Source of the DNA: Naegleria gruberi
Taxonomy: Eukaryota
Assembly (NCBI GenBank): GCA_000004985.1
Contig: GG738849.1
Direction: 5' to 3' (one strand)
DNA length: 64,000 bases
Below the pieces are notes generated by a model. It did no database searches. It was given only the letters and a program-made list of their open reading frames with translations, and was not told the DNA's origin. The first letter of the stretch is position 1, and every line of letters begins with the position of its first letter. A program made the translations under genes and the position numbers. Positions 30,646 to 42,500 of this stretch are shown in pieces.

Positions 30646-31876
30646 ATGGCCAGTCATGAATCTGCTGATGATGTGATTGAAAAGGTCGATGAAATGATCG
30701 ATTTAATTTCAAAATTTAGATCATCAGTACATACAATATTTACGGAATTAAATCCGCATAATCGTACTCTTGTTTCTCATCAAGTTTCCGTACCAAATAT
30801 TATAAAGGAAGAAAATCCAGAGGCATCACACAGTGAGCCTACACCATACCGAACTCATATATCATCATGTTTTCAACATGCATCATCTTATTTAGCAAAA
30901 TTAAAGGATTACCAAAAAGTTAATTTAACCAGCTCTAAATATTCAGGCTTGAAGACAATATTGAATGGAAGTGTGGATCGTCAAGGAGTTGATAAATTAA
31001 AATCCAAAGTAGATTCTACTTTACAAACACTATCAAAGGAAATTGAAAAGAAGAGATATGTAAGAGAAGATCCTGGTGATTTGGAATTGTTCGAAACTCC
31101 AAGAAAGGAGAGAATGAAAACTTCACCAAACTCTGTCATTCACAAAATTTCCAAGAGGGATGAATCATCCTACAAGGACCCTCAAGAGTTACTTTCCGAA
31201 TTGAAAGACAAATCTGGAAAATTCCACAACTATTTTAGTATTGTAGATCTTCTTAGTATTCACAAGGATGATAATCATTGCTCGGTATTTGTATGTTTTT
31301 TATAATGCAATTATTAACATTCCAATTAGTTAAGGGTTACTGATATTATGATTGTCAATATTTTATTCCGTGACAATATGACACCTTATGAAGCAAATGC
31401 CTTTTCCATTCATGAAAATGTTTATGAGACCTCAATTTCAGAACATAAGATTTTCAGGCAAGTTAGTAAGACTTTCTGTCAAGCTCTTGATTTTTACACT
31501 ACCCATCCAGTTTATAAAGCCATTCCATTCCAAGCCTTTATGGTAAGTTCTTCAAGCTAAGATATTGAATCTAATGTTTTATGGAAAATAGATTTACCTT
31601 TGTTTGTACAGAAAATTATTTATGGATAAATGTTCTCATAAGAATTGTAATTGTATCATGTCACCTCCACACATTATGGATTTGCCTTACTTTAGAGATT
31701 TTGAAACAGGTATTGCCTATCACATTCAACATATTCCAGTTAATAGAAGAGTTGACCTCAATCTTCCATTCACATCAGAATACAAGCAAAAAGAAATCAA
31801 AAAGAATACCGAGACGCCATCTATGAATACACCAATGAGTACATCCAATCAAACACCTCAAGTAAATGAACTCTAA
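30646..31876 (+). CDS. Hypothetical multi-exon gene (at least three exons) with candidate introns at about 31291-31328 and about 31543-31590.
   Basis: Three consecutive same-strand ORFs (30646-31305, 31348-31560, 31604-31876) are separated by short GTATGT/GTAAGT..AG segments. No recognised domain. Confidence 0.4.
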
Positions 31877-32175
31877 ATATTATGATCCACATTTGGTTTA
31901 AATTCAAGGGCAGTATTTTTATCAGTACCAGGTAATGAACGAGTATGCTCTCTATTTCTACCTAACATGTTGCTGTTGGATGTTTTAATTCCCAAAGAAT
32001 AAGAAATCCATTGTTTTAAAATGTTTAAATTCTTGACAATATTGAAAATTTCCCAAATAAATATTTGAATTCTTTGGACTGGTGGCATTTCTTCAAATTT
32101 TGAATATTCCACATTGGAGGTATTAGTATCCCCTTTACTTTCCGATTCTTTTTGTTCTATATTATTGTGACTCAT
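31873..32175 (-). CDS. Hypothetical small protein.
   Basis: 100-aa ORF. Weak support. Confidence 0.25.
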   Translation of the reverse strand: MSHNNIEQKESESKGDTNTSNVEYSKFEEMPPVQRIQIFIWEIFNIVKNLNILKQWISYSLGIKTSNSNMLGRNREHTRSLPGTDKNTALEFKPNVDHNI

Positions 32176-32288
32176 TTAGACTCTTCACTTTTTAAATGTA
32201 GCTGTACAAAGTAGAGATGGGAAGAAAAACAATCAATTTTTCAAAGTAATTTTTTTAATGAATTTAAAATTTTATTCTTGAATAAAAA

Positions 32289-32765
32289 ATGCGTTTGGGT
32301 TCCGTCTGTTCATTGGTTGCCAGAAAACCATCCCAACAACAACTTTCATCAGCAACATCTAGAGTTGTTTTGCAATGCAAGCAAAATCAATATAAATTCT
32401 TGATGAATCAAACTTTCAATAATACAACAATTAAACGTTCATATAGCGAAGCCGCTGAAGAAGAGGAAGATGATGAAACTAAACTCAGAAGACAACTCGC
32501 TAACCTTCCAAAACCTCTCCTAGACCCACTTATCGTTCCGAGAAGAAGAAGAGGAATAACTGTGGAATCATTTTTAAAGAATATCGGTAAAGGATGCGAA
32601 GAACATGTAGATAAATTTACTTCATGGGAAGATTTGTTCACCTCCAAGTCTCTCAAATTGAAGGTTAAGGAAATACCAGTTGCCCAACGTCGTTGGATTT
32701 TGAAATGGTTGGAAAGATATAGAAAGGGCGAAGTTCCAGGATATCCACAAACCTACTTGCATTAA
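32289..32765 (+). CDS. IGR-motif protein with a mitochondrial presequence-like N-terminus. It resembles mitoribosomal mS41/Fyv4-family proteins.
   Basis: N-terminus MRLGSVCSLVARKPSQQQLSSATSRVV is presequence-like. The C-terminal ITVESFLKNIGKGCEEHVDKFTSWEDLFTSKSLKLKVKEIPVAQRRWILKWLERYRKG matches my recollection of the IGR motif. Confidence 0.5.
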   Translation: MRLGSVCSLVARKPSQQQLSSATSRVVLQCKQNQYKFLMNQTFNNTTIKRSYSEAAEEEEDDETKLRRQLANLPKPLLDPLIVPRRRRGITVESFLKNIGKGCEEHVDKFTSWEDLFTSKSLKLKVKEIPVAQRRWILKWLERYRKGEVPGYPQTYLH

Positions 32766-33068
32766 TTTCTCAATCTACAAAAGTAGTGTGAAATGTGTTA
32801 GTTGTTGCTGTTTACTTTGGATACATCTCTCTCTAATTATTATTATTACTTATCATCATCGGTATACTACTGCTACACCATTATCTCGATTTTTTGAAAA
32901 AAAGCTTTAAGGCAATAAAAAAATACTATTTAAAAATTAATTATTCATCATAATTATTATTATTAAATAGATTTATAGTTGCCATTTTAATTTGATTTAA
33001 TTTGATTATTATTTCAAAAAGAAAAAACAATAATAGTAAAATTCTATTTTTAAAAACTTTAAAAAAAA

Positions 33069-34457
33069 ATGAATGGTAATAACAGACCAACAAATGGACA
33101 AGTGATGAGTGATGACTTGGAAGAATACTCGGAAAATCCATGTATTGTAGATTTATTTGATAAGAGAAATAAATTTCTAACGGAACAATCACTAGCCGTG
33201 GATACTACAAGCCTACAATCTGAAGTGTATGGACAAGATGTTCAACGTATTGGATGGGAAGTTAGTATTAAGAAGTCCCGATCAAATTATAGACTTGAAA
33301 GAATGAAGACGTATGATAAAGCACTGGAAAAGAATGCTGATGAGAGTAAACCAATTGGTGATTTGTGTGATATGGAGAGTAAATTACACTTTCCGACAGA
33401 TGAAAAATGTTGCTTTTATTCGTTTAAATCAAATTCTAGACAAACACCATGCTCGTTTACTCACTTTCAATTGAGACATATGATAGCAGCAACTTCGCCT
33501 ACTGATGTATATTATATGAATGATAATTCAATTCATCATTGGAATTCTATAACAAGAACAACTCAACAAGCTGATGGAAAATTATCAAATTCGAAAGTAT
33601 CAATGGATCTCAGGAAGGGAAAGGGAATTGTAAAGGATTTAACTTATATGGATTCGGAAGCTTCAGGAATTTTAATATCAACACTTAATGCTAATTACCC
33701 ATATCTGGTAGCTGGTGGATTTAAAGGAGAAATTGTAATTATGAATTTAGAGAATGATGGAGAGGTTATTTACAATAACCGAATATCACACTCTGCCAAC
33801 TCTATAACAAATTATTTAGATTTGAAGGGAAATTCATTGTTAGTGTCAAGTAATGATGGGTTTGTTAGAAAGTTTGATCTTCCTACAATGGACATGATTT
33901 CAGCAGTATCTTTTGATTATTGTATCAATAATTCAGTGACTCAGTCAAAGAATGGTAAATTAATGGCATGCATTGGAGATACTTATGAAGTTGTTGTTTG
34001 TGATCAGGAGGGAACACCTTCATCCATGATGAAACTTTCTGGGCATATGGACTTTAGTTTTGCCATTGATTGGAATCCTGTAAATGAATATCAATTCACC
34101 ACAGGAAGTCAAGATAAATTGGTTTGTGTTTGGGATATCAGAAAGCCAACAGGTCCTGTTCATACAATTCCTGGCATTATAGGAGCCATTAGATCTGTAA
34201 GGTATTCTGAGGATGGTCAATTTTTGGCCTCATCAGAACCAGCAGACTTTGTACATGTTTATGATGTAAATAGTGAATTTAGCAGAGAACATGTTATAGA
34301 TATTTATGGAGAAATTGTTGGTATTGCATTCAGTAGGAATGATGGTGGACAGAGTCTTTATATTGGCATTTATGATAGACATTTTAGATCACTCATGGAA
34401 TTATCGAGATATTCATCCAGATCCCTTAGTTCAAGCTTTGATTCATTGTTAATATAA
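33069..34457 (+). CDS. WD40-repeat protein with an N-terminal extension of about 180 aa.
   Basis: Repeated WD-like units (LVSSNDGFVRKFDL, FTTGSQDKLVCVWDIRKP, LASSEPADFVHVYDV). Confidence 0.7.
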   Translation: MNGNNRPTNGQVMSDDLEEYSENPCIVDLFDKRNKFLTEQSLAVDTTSLQSEVYGQDVQRIGWEVSIKKSRSNYRLERMKTYDKALEKNADESKPIGDLCDMESKLHFPTDEKCCFYSFKSNSRQTPCSFTHFQLRHMIAATSPTDVYYMNDNSIHHWNSITRTTQQADGKLSNSKVSMDLRKGKGIVKDLTYMDSEASGILISTLNANYPYLVAGGFKGEIVIMNLENDGEVIYNNRISHSANSITNYLDLKGNSLLVSSNDGFVRKFDLPTMDMISAVSFDYCINNSVTQSKNGKLMACIGDTYEVVVCDQEGTPSSMMKLSGHMDFSFAIDWNPVNEYQFTTGSQDKLVCVWDIRKPTGPVHTIPGIIGAIRSVRYSEDGQFLASSEPADFVHVYDVNSEFSREHVIDIYGEIVGIAFSRNDGGQSLYIGIYDRHFRSLMELSRYSSRSLSSSFDSLLI

Positions 34458-34561
34458 TCATGTCACAATTACATTTTAACTTGTTTTCTTTTTTCTGCCT
34501 ACCATATACAGATAATGAAGATAATCTCGTAGAGATAGTAAATATTCTAATGTACACAAGT

Positions 34562-36426
34562 TTATTTTCTTCTTGGGATTGGAGGAGGTGAACGAGCTGC
34601 ACCAGATGTCGTACTCGATTCAGAATCAGTACTTGTTCTTGGTGGAGGTAAAGGTTTGGCAGAAGAATCTGATTTGGATGCAAAACGTGATGGAAGAGGA
34701 GGCTTATTAAATGTTAAATTTCCAGAAGGGACTGGTGGAAGAGTTGGTCGATCCTCTTGTGGCTTTCTTGGTGGAATTGTAAAAGTGGTTGTTGGAGAGC
34801 TCTCAGAACGAGGTGATTCAAGAACAGTAGCTCTTCTAGGAGGAAGTGGTTTTGGAGGCTTCTTTTCGAGACCTACATCAAAACAAACATCTCCTGCTTT
34901 CATTACTCGTGAGAGTCTTTTAATCTCTGCTGTTGCCTCTCTACTATTACTTATTGAACTCATACTGTCCATGACTGAAAGAACACTCTTCGATGAATCA
35001 GATCGATTGGCAAACACTGATCTTGATGTTTCTCTGCTTGGAGGTTTAGGTAAAGTAATAGGTTTAGATTCTGTATCACTCGGAGTTGTTTCAACACTAT
35101 TGCCTGATGAAGGATTAATTACTGAAGGAGAATGTCTTTTTGGAAGAGGAGGTTTTTTAACAGAACTTGTTGGTAGCTGTGGAAGTGTTGTACTCGTTGG
35201 TGTTGAAGATGTTGATGATGGACTTGGGAGAGTTTTTGAGGTAGTAGGAGTTGTTGGACTCATGTCAGTATTCACACTAATTTTTGGTTTGGTTGAAGGT
35301 GGTTTTGGAGTTTCTTTCTTTGTTCCAACTAATTCATCCTTTCCTCCAAAGAAGAATTCATATTCTGCAATAAGACTTTCAGTGAGACTTGTTGCAAATC
35401 TGGCTTCACTCAATTGCATTTGAAGAACGTTGCAATACATTGGTGGTGGACGAAGGATATTTGGTGCAAATACAATGGCTAAATTTGAGGCATCCATTTT
35501 GTTAATTGAAGAATTGTTGTGAATGGTATTCAAAAATTTACACAACTTTTTCAAAACGAAATAATTTGATCTTGGAAGGAAACGAAGAACATTTCTAATA
35601 ACTTTCAATCTTACTTCATCATCTGGAATACCATCACTGTAATAATATTAGCTCAATAATACTTGTTTTTGTGAACTTACCTAGCAATAAACATATCGTA
35701 ATGGTCAAATGTCATGAGTGGTTCAGGTAATTCTCTAATATACATTTTCAATAAACTGGAAACATTATTAATAGTATTTTGAGGAAATATTTCAACAAAA
35801 TTCATTCCTACAATTTCCAACAAGTTAGTATAAAGATTTTGTCTATTCAATGCAACAAATGGAACACTGTCAGGAGGAACATTACTTGGATAAAAGTAAA
35901 CTAAAAACTTTTGAATGAGATGATTTTCTCTCATATTATAGTTGGAAATTTCATCATCATCCGCAGTTGGTGTTCCCAAACTATCATCATCAGAATCAGA
36001 ATCATAATCATTTGTCTTTGGAACATTGTCATATTTTCCCTTGATGAGTTGTTCCTTGAGAGCACTAATACTAGCAGCTTGACCACTCAACCTGAAAATA
36101 CCCTCTAAGTAAAATAGATATTAGAAATTCAATGTACATGTATATAAAAACAAACCTGTCGTTGGACAATCATTGTTATTTTCAAGCCAATTCAAACATA
36201 ACCACAATAGTTTTGGATAGATAACAAAACGTTTTCCACCAGTGGCTGTTTCATCTTCCTCCTGAATGAGAAGAGAGGTACGAATTGATGTAATTTGCGT
36301 CTTGAGTGGTTGTCCAAATATATGATTAGGATCAAATTCCTTGTTCTTATTCTTCTTCTTTTTACTCTTCTTCTTTTCAGAAAAGTTTCCAGCATCAGCT
36401 GCGGAAGACAATTTCAAAAATCCCAT
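34562..36426 (-). CDS. RhoGAP domain protein with a long Pro/Ser/Thr-rich C-terminal tail. It has three exons (36156-36426, 35691-36103, 34562-35634) and introns of 52 and 56 nt.
   Basis: Exon 1 ends ..NDCPTTG. A phase-1 splice gives EGIFRLSGQAASISALKEQL (the canonical GIFRLSG arginine finger). Exon 2 has LLKMYIRELPEPLMT. Exon 3 begins S DGIPDDEVRLKVIRNVLRFLPRSNYFVLKKLCKFLNTIHNNSSINKMDASNLAIVFAPNILR. Confidence 0.85.
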
Positions 36427-36931
36427 TTTCTATTATATTATATTATATACTCTACTTGTCAATTTATAATTAATTAAATATATTTAATAATGTAGAATAA
36501 TAATAATTAAATTATATATATACAAAAATTCCTCTCCAACTATATATCCTTCTCTCTCAAATAATAATAATAATTTTTACTACTACTACGACTATTACTA
36601 ATAATAATAACAACACAAACTATCAAAACCTCCGGAGAAAAAGATTAGAAAATATGTGATGTTTTCTTTTTTCAGAGAGAGTTTCAGAAAATATTTTTTT
36701 ATCTGATAATTTTTGTGCTGGATTTTGTGATTTGTGTGGTAAAAACGTTCGCAATATTGAATGTGTTTGACACTTTTTGATTCGTTGCATTGATCTGTCA
36801 ACTGCTAGTTCTGTTTTGGGAGTGGGCAACTGATTTTATTGTTAATGAAGGTCATGGAATGTTATTTTCAAGTTTAGGGTATTTAAAATAGAGAGTGTTA
36901 GCGAGGGTTTACAATTGTTTTGATTGTATAT

Positions 36932-39454
36932 TTAGAAAGTTTGTTGGTGATCTTCTGCAAATATGCCAATTTTTCTCTTTACTCTGTTTAATAGAGCCTC
37001 TTCAATAGAGCTTGTTCCATTGACATAAAGTTCTTCTACCCATAATATTTCATTTACCCAAGGAGAAATAATTTGATTGTCTATAAGATATTCCACAATT
37101 TCCAATATTTCCATCTCTAGTTTTTGATTAATGCTTACTCGGTAAAGAATTTGCAAATGTTGCACCAGTTTTGGAGCTAGTTCAGCCATATTTCTTCTGT
37201 CTATTAAACAAGTGGAAAAGGCGTTAACATATAATTCGTCTAACTTGTCAATATGAGTTGAACCTTGTTTAAAGTTAGTAAAGCATTCTATTGTTTCAAA
37301 CATAGCATTGATTGATTCATTCAAAATTACAAGAGATCTCTCACCACCATTAAGAGCAACATCGTTTCTAATAATCCTATTACATGCCCAAAAAGCTTGC
37401 GACATTTTATCCACGATTATATTAGGAATCCAAAGCATGTCATCTTCAAAATCTTCCATATCAGCAATCTCCTTAATAATTATTGGCAAAATGTAATCAT
37501 AGATAAAATCCTTCTTTCCTCCTTCATTGATAGAATTATTAGTCAACATGTCCATGGAGAGATGAGTGTGTAATATTCCAATTTCACTCAAAGTTCCAAG
37601 CAATGTGAATAGTGAATGATATTGTGTGTATGCAAATGGATCTCCAATCTTAATGAGAATTCGTATTAGATTGGCAAGAAATGAATAGGAGTGTTTGTTG
37701 AAAGCTTCAAGTAGAGCTTTTCTTTCTATCCATCTGCAAATTTCTATCAACACCACCGTAAGTGGCACAATCATTGAATTAAACAGTTCCTGTATGCTGT
37801 AGCTTGACATTTCTTCTGTCTTTTCCTTAATATAGGAAAGAAGTTTCTCACATAGTACATTATCATTAATTAATTGAAATGCGTTTCCGATTAAGAGGAG
37901 GCATTGATTAATATTCTTCTTATGTAGGTTTGTTTTTTCTTCCTCGTTTTCAACTGTTAAATATTCCATCGTTTCATTCACACACACAGTTTCGAATAAA
38001 TTGTTAATCTTGAATTTCAAACCTTCCAAAATTGATTCACTAATTTCTGATTTGCTAATATTCAGACTGTTAGTAATGCCTTTCAACAAGGCACAATAAT
38101 CTGTGATATCATTACTACTCAATTCATGAGATTTAATGATACAATCAAGTAAATCATCAGAATAATAATTAGTTTTTGAAAAGAAAAGACCAAGGGCCTT
38201 CTTGGTGACTAATCTTATATCCCTATTCTCAGAGGAGAGTAATTTCTTACAAATTTGAATAATTGCAGAGACTTGATTCTTAACATTTTGAGTTTCAATC
38301 GAAGATAAATCAATTAGAGAAATACTGTCGAGAGCTGTTATGATAGATCTTTTTGCCAATAAATCTCCACTCTCCAACTCACTCTGTTGTTGCAAAGTGT
38401 CAAATATGAAATCCTTAAAGAGAGCTGCTACGTAAGATTTGTTTTTAAAGGCAGAAGGATCTTGTTTACAATCATAGTTCAATATATTACTAATCATTCG
38501 TAATATTTTGTGTTTGATTACCCAAACAGTCTTTCCATAATTATTTCTAATTCTTGGAAATAAATTTTCAGATATAATGGTAGAATCATCTTTGGTGTTC
38601 TTGATTTGTGCCAAATCATTCTCCATCATATCTAGAATGCATTTTGCAAAATTAATTGACAAGTGAAACAATTTTCCAAGTAATGTGAATAATTTTTTTG
38701 TAACATTTGTCTTCTTCTTTGTAGAACTAGCCTCAGCAAAGTTATAGAGACAAAAAATGAAATATCGTGCCAGTAAAAGACCGAAAGCCTGATTTTTGTA
38801 ATAGTTTTTAGCCTTAAGTTCATAATCATCCTCTGTAGGTGTTGTTATATATTCAATAAATTGATTCCAATAATAAAAGAGATCGGTCAATAACCAACTA
38901 TTTGCTCCTGATAAATAACTTTCAGGATTTTCTTTCAACAATTGATTCTTTCTTTCCAAAAAGTAATTAGAAACCGTTAACAATAGAAAACATGGTGGAA
39001 ATTCAGTAAATCCGACATGTGAAATTGGTTTTCTACACTTTAAAACTTCAGCATGCACCTTTACAATAAAATGTAAAACAACTTTTTGCCAATTCTCCAA
39101 ATTATCAATTCCACATTCGAATGGTTCCACTTCGGCACCTTTCCTCACCTCTTGATAAATATGGTTTGCACAACGAAAGAATTGGGGTATAATTCTCTCC
39201 TCTGCATAATCCATAAATTGACAAAACTCTCTCACTTCACAATTCATCCAATTACACGAAATGGCTGTGGAAAGGTAGTAATAAATTAGAATAATCATTT
39301 TCATGCAAGCTTGTTGCTCAGTATCCGAATCATATACTTCCGAATATACTTTCAACTCATTTTCATCACACAACTTTCCTANNNNNNNNNNNNNNNNNNN
39401 NNNNNNNNNNNNNNNNNNNNNNNNNNNNNNNAAACACGATTTGTTACAAGACAA
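36932..39454 (-). CDS. Large hypothetical helical-repeat (HEAT/ARM-like) protein. The CDS is interrupted by the assembly gap near its 5' end, and the true N-terminus lies beyond 39454.
   Basis: 840-aa ORF with alpha-helical repeat composition. The X-run in the translation coincides with the N-run 39382-39431. Confidence 0.5.
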   Translation of the reverse strand: MSCNKSCXXXXXXXXXXXXXXXXXXGKLCDENELKVYSEVYDSDTEQQACMKMIILIYYYLSTAISCNWMNCEVREFCQFMDYAEERIIPQFFRCANHIYQEVRKGAEVEPFECGIDNLENWQKVVLHFIVKVHAEVLKCRKPISHVGFTEFPPCFLLLTVSNYFLERKNQLLKENPESYLSGANSWLLTDLFYYWNQFIEYITTPTEDDYELKAKNYYKNQAFGLLLARYFIFCLYNFAEASSTKKKTNVTKKLFTLLGKLFHLSINFAKCILDMMENDLAQIKNTKDDSTIISENLFPRIRNNYGKTVWVIKHKILRMISNILNYDCKQDPSAFKNKSYVAALFKDFIFDTLQQQSELESGDLLAKRSIITALDSISLIDLSSIETQNVKNQVSAIIQICKKLLSSENRDIRLVTKKALGLFFSKTNYYSDDLLDCIIKSHELSSNDITDYCALLKGITNSLNISKSEISESILEGLKFKINNLFETVCVNETMEYLTVENEEEKTNLHKKNINQCLLLIGNAFQLINDNVLCEKLLSYIKEKTEEMSSYSIQELFNSMIVPLTVVLIEICRWIERKALLEAFNKHSYSFLANLIRILIKIGDPFAYTQYHSLFTLLGTLSEIGILHTHLSMDMLTNNSINEGGKKDFIYDYILPIIIKEIADMEDFEDDMLWIPNIIVDKMSQAFWACNRIIRNDVALNGGERSLVILNESINAMFETIECFTNFKQGSTHIDKLDELYVNAFSTCLIDRRNMAELAPKLVQHLQILYRVSINQKLEMEILEIVEYLIDNQIISPWVNEILWVEELYVNGTSSIEEALLNRVKRKIGIFAEDHQQTF
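39382..39431. other. Assembly gap (50 N).
   Basis: Run of n characters. Confidence 0.95.
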
Positions 39455-39599
39455 CTACTGCACAATTTTATTTATTACAGTTATTTGAAATACAGTATCT
39501 CTGCAAATGGTTCTTTTAATAGTGTGTTTTAGGCCTTCCTTTTCTGCTTTGTAACGAAACGTCCATAAAACTGTTATTCATCATAGATATTATTTATTA

Positions 39600-42500
39600 T
39601 TATTTGGATAGGAGAGTTTCACAAATGTCTTGGTCAATTTGGTTATATTTCAACAAGACTTCTAAAATGAGAATAATCTTTTTTAGGGAAGGTCTTTGGT
39701 TAGGATTCAGTCTTGTCATTTGTTGGAGGAGACCAATTAAGAGTTGTTCATTTTGATGTGAACAGTAGTAAAAGGATTTTTTTAACTTTTCCATATTTGG
39801 TGTAGTATTTAAGGAAGTTTCATTGGATGCATTGAATGGAGTTGAGGAGGAAGGGTTGATTCTTTCAGAGCTTGGAGGAGAAGCCAAGAGAGAGGAAGCA
39901 GACATTGGAGAACTTGTTTCAGAGCTTGAAATTTTGACGAAACCATCCGAATGGTGATTAATGGAAGAATTGTTGGAAGGATTATGAAGTCTTGGAGAGA
40001 TTAAGTGAGGAATAGCTTCACTCTTCAATAAACTCATGTGAATTTTGGAAGCCATGATTTGATGAGTGAGTTTTTCATCTCTTGAGATTGCTTCCTCAAT
40101 CGAAACATATTCGAAATTTGTTGCATTGGTTTGAATAGTTGCACTTTCTAAATTATTTCCAACAGTAGTATTAGAAGAAGATGCAATACCATCTGTTTGT
40201 CCAGTACCATTCAGCAATTCTTGATGGTCAACTTCCTTCTTAATTATTACAGTTGTAGTTGAGGTTGGAGACGAAACTGTTGAATTATCTGAACTTTCAC
40301 CATGTTGATGCAAATTAGACAACCTAATAAATGATTCCTTTGTAATGAGTTGATAAAAAACACATCCCAATCTGAAAATATCATCCTTCTCATCCAAATA
40401 TCTTTCAATATCACCATCAAAATTTAACTTTTCTTGATTATTGACATTGGATGACATTATTTCACGCAATACCATTTGTTTTCTTAAAGTAGAATGATTA
40501 GTACTTGAAGTGGTTGATGTTGGTGTTGTAGATCTAATAGTAGACCATTCATTTGAGTGTTGCTTGTTGTGATATTGTTCCATCACTTGTCTGTTTTTAA
40601 ATTGGACAGTTCCATCAAGGATTGAAAAATCCCAAGGTTTAAACCAATCAGTGAGTTTCACATTGAGATTTGACTTGTGTTGATCACCCAATAATGTATC
40701 ATTCTCATCAAATGCCTTAATAATTACTGATTTCAATTCTTGTTGCTTTGCTTCTGACAAACTATTCGAAACACTATTATCAAACAATAACAAATCAGCC
40801 TTAAAATCACTACCAGCAGGTGTTACACACGACTGAGTCGATCTAAAACTTGAATCTTTCTCTTCATTATAATTCATCAAAATCTTTTCCAATTTCAATG
40901 AAGGAAAAACAATCGAATTCTGATGCAAATGTGAAAGACCTTTCGTTGACTGCAAACAAACATCAATCAACTCTAAATAATTCATGAATCGATGATTTCT
41001 AATCATAAATTCAACTCTCTTCTCCAAATTGGAACCATTCATATAGGGAAGTTCAATGAAAATTTCAAATCGTTCAGATCTACATCTTCTAATGGTATAA
41101 TCAGAGAATGTCATGACATTTGGATGTTTTGGAAATAGTATCATGGACTCGACACCTTTACCAACTTCTGTTAAATCTGATTTTGTGAAATTTGTCAAAT
41201 GTTTCAAAGCACAGAGTGAGCTTGTCTTGACTTTGACAGATTTGTAAATTTTAGAGTGGTGATTGGAGAAAATTCTCTTCAGAATTAGATATCTATTACC
41301 AAGTACATGAGGTCTAATTCTTCTCTCAAAACCATAACAGTCAATTGGGGAAGTGACATGTTGGAGAAGGAATTTCATTAACATTTCAACTTCATTTCCT
41401 CTCTTGAGATGAATCTTCTTCTCCATCCAATCTACCATTCTAATTACTTGATCTTCAACCAATTCTTCCAAACTTGCATATTCTTTCACTTTCTTTTTCA
41501 CACTTTCGAATAAATTCTTCAAATTTAAAATGAAATTCCATTCATCCTCCAAAGAAACCATAAAAGTTCCATCATATAACTGTTGATTCTGTTCAGAATA
41601 TAATTGTTTAGCAAATGTAGCAATGAAAATTGCAAAAATCAATCTCTCATTAATTTCCCTCTGATAATTTTCATCACTTTTTGTAAACATCATTTGGAGA
41701 ATATTCTTCTTTTTGAGTGGAATGTCAAATAGGAAGGAGAGAATTTGTTGTTCATTGTGTGGAGTTACTTTTTGTTTGAGTTTGAGTTTGACATTTCTAA
41801 AATCAAATCTTTTCAAACAAATTTCAATAACTGGACAAGTGACTTGATAAGATTCAAAATGATCGACTAGGAATTCAACTTGTGCAAGTTCCCTTTCATC
41901 ATTAATTGGTGTATTCAAACAATAACCATGAACATTCAAATTAGTAAAAAGTGCCTTGACAGAATTCATCACAATATTATACGAATCTTGATTTGGTGGA
42001 ATGTAATTTTCAATTATGACTGCTTGCTCACCACTCTTCTCAGATCCACTCCAACTACTCCCCAATTGACCTGTCAAATATTGTGCATTAGTCAATTGTT
42101 GTGGTTTCACTGCACTATACCTCAAATTACCTCCTTGAACAATTTCTCTCAACAAGTCATGAAAAATTTCCTTAACTTTTTGTTGAATTAAACTTTTTGG
42201 TTCATCACTATTCATTTCAATGAATGGAACGTAATAGTAGAGTGATTTTTTTAATCCTTCACGTTTGGAAACTTGTCTTTCTTTACCATTTTGAGAAGTT
42301 ACAAAGATGGAGGAGGATGAGGAATTGGATCGAAGTGAGGTTGAGTGATGTTTGTTGTTGGTTGTGTTTGATAGGATGGTTGTTGAATTATTGTTATTAT
42401 TCCAGTATTTGGTGGCACTGGAAAGTGAAACAATTGAGGCTTTTCTTGAGGAATCGGATAGATCGGCATTGTCTTGCATCAATTGACCACTTGTACTTGT

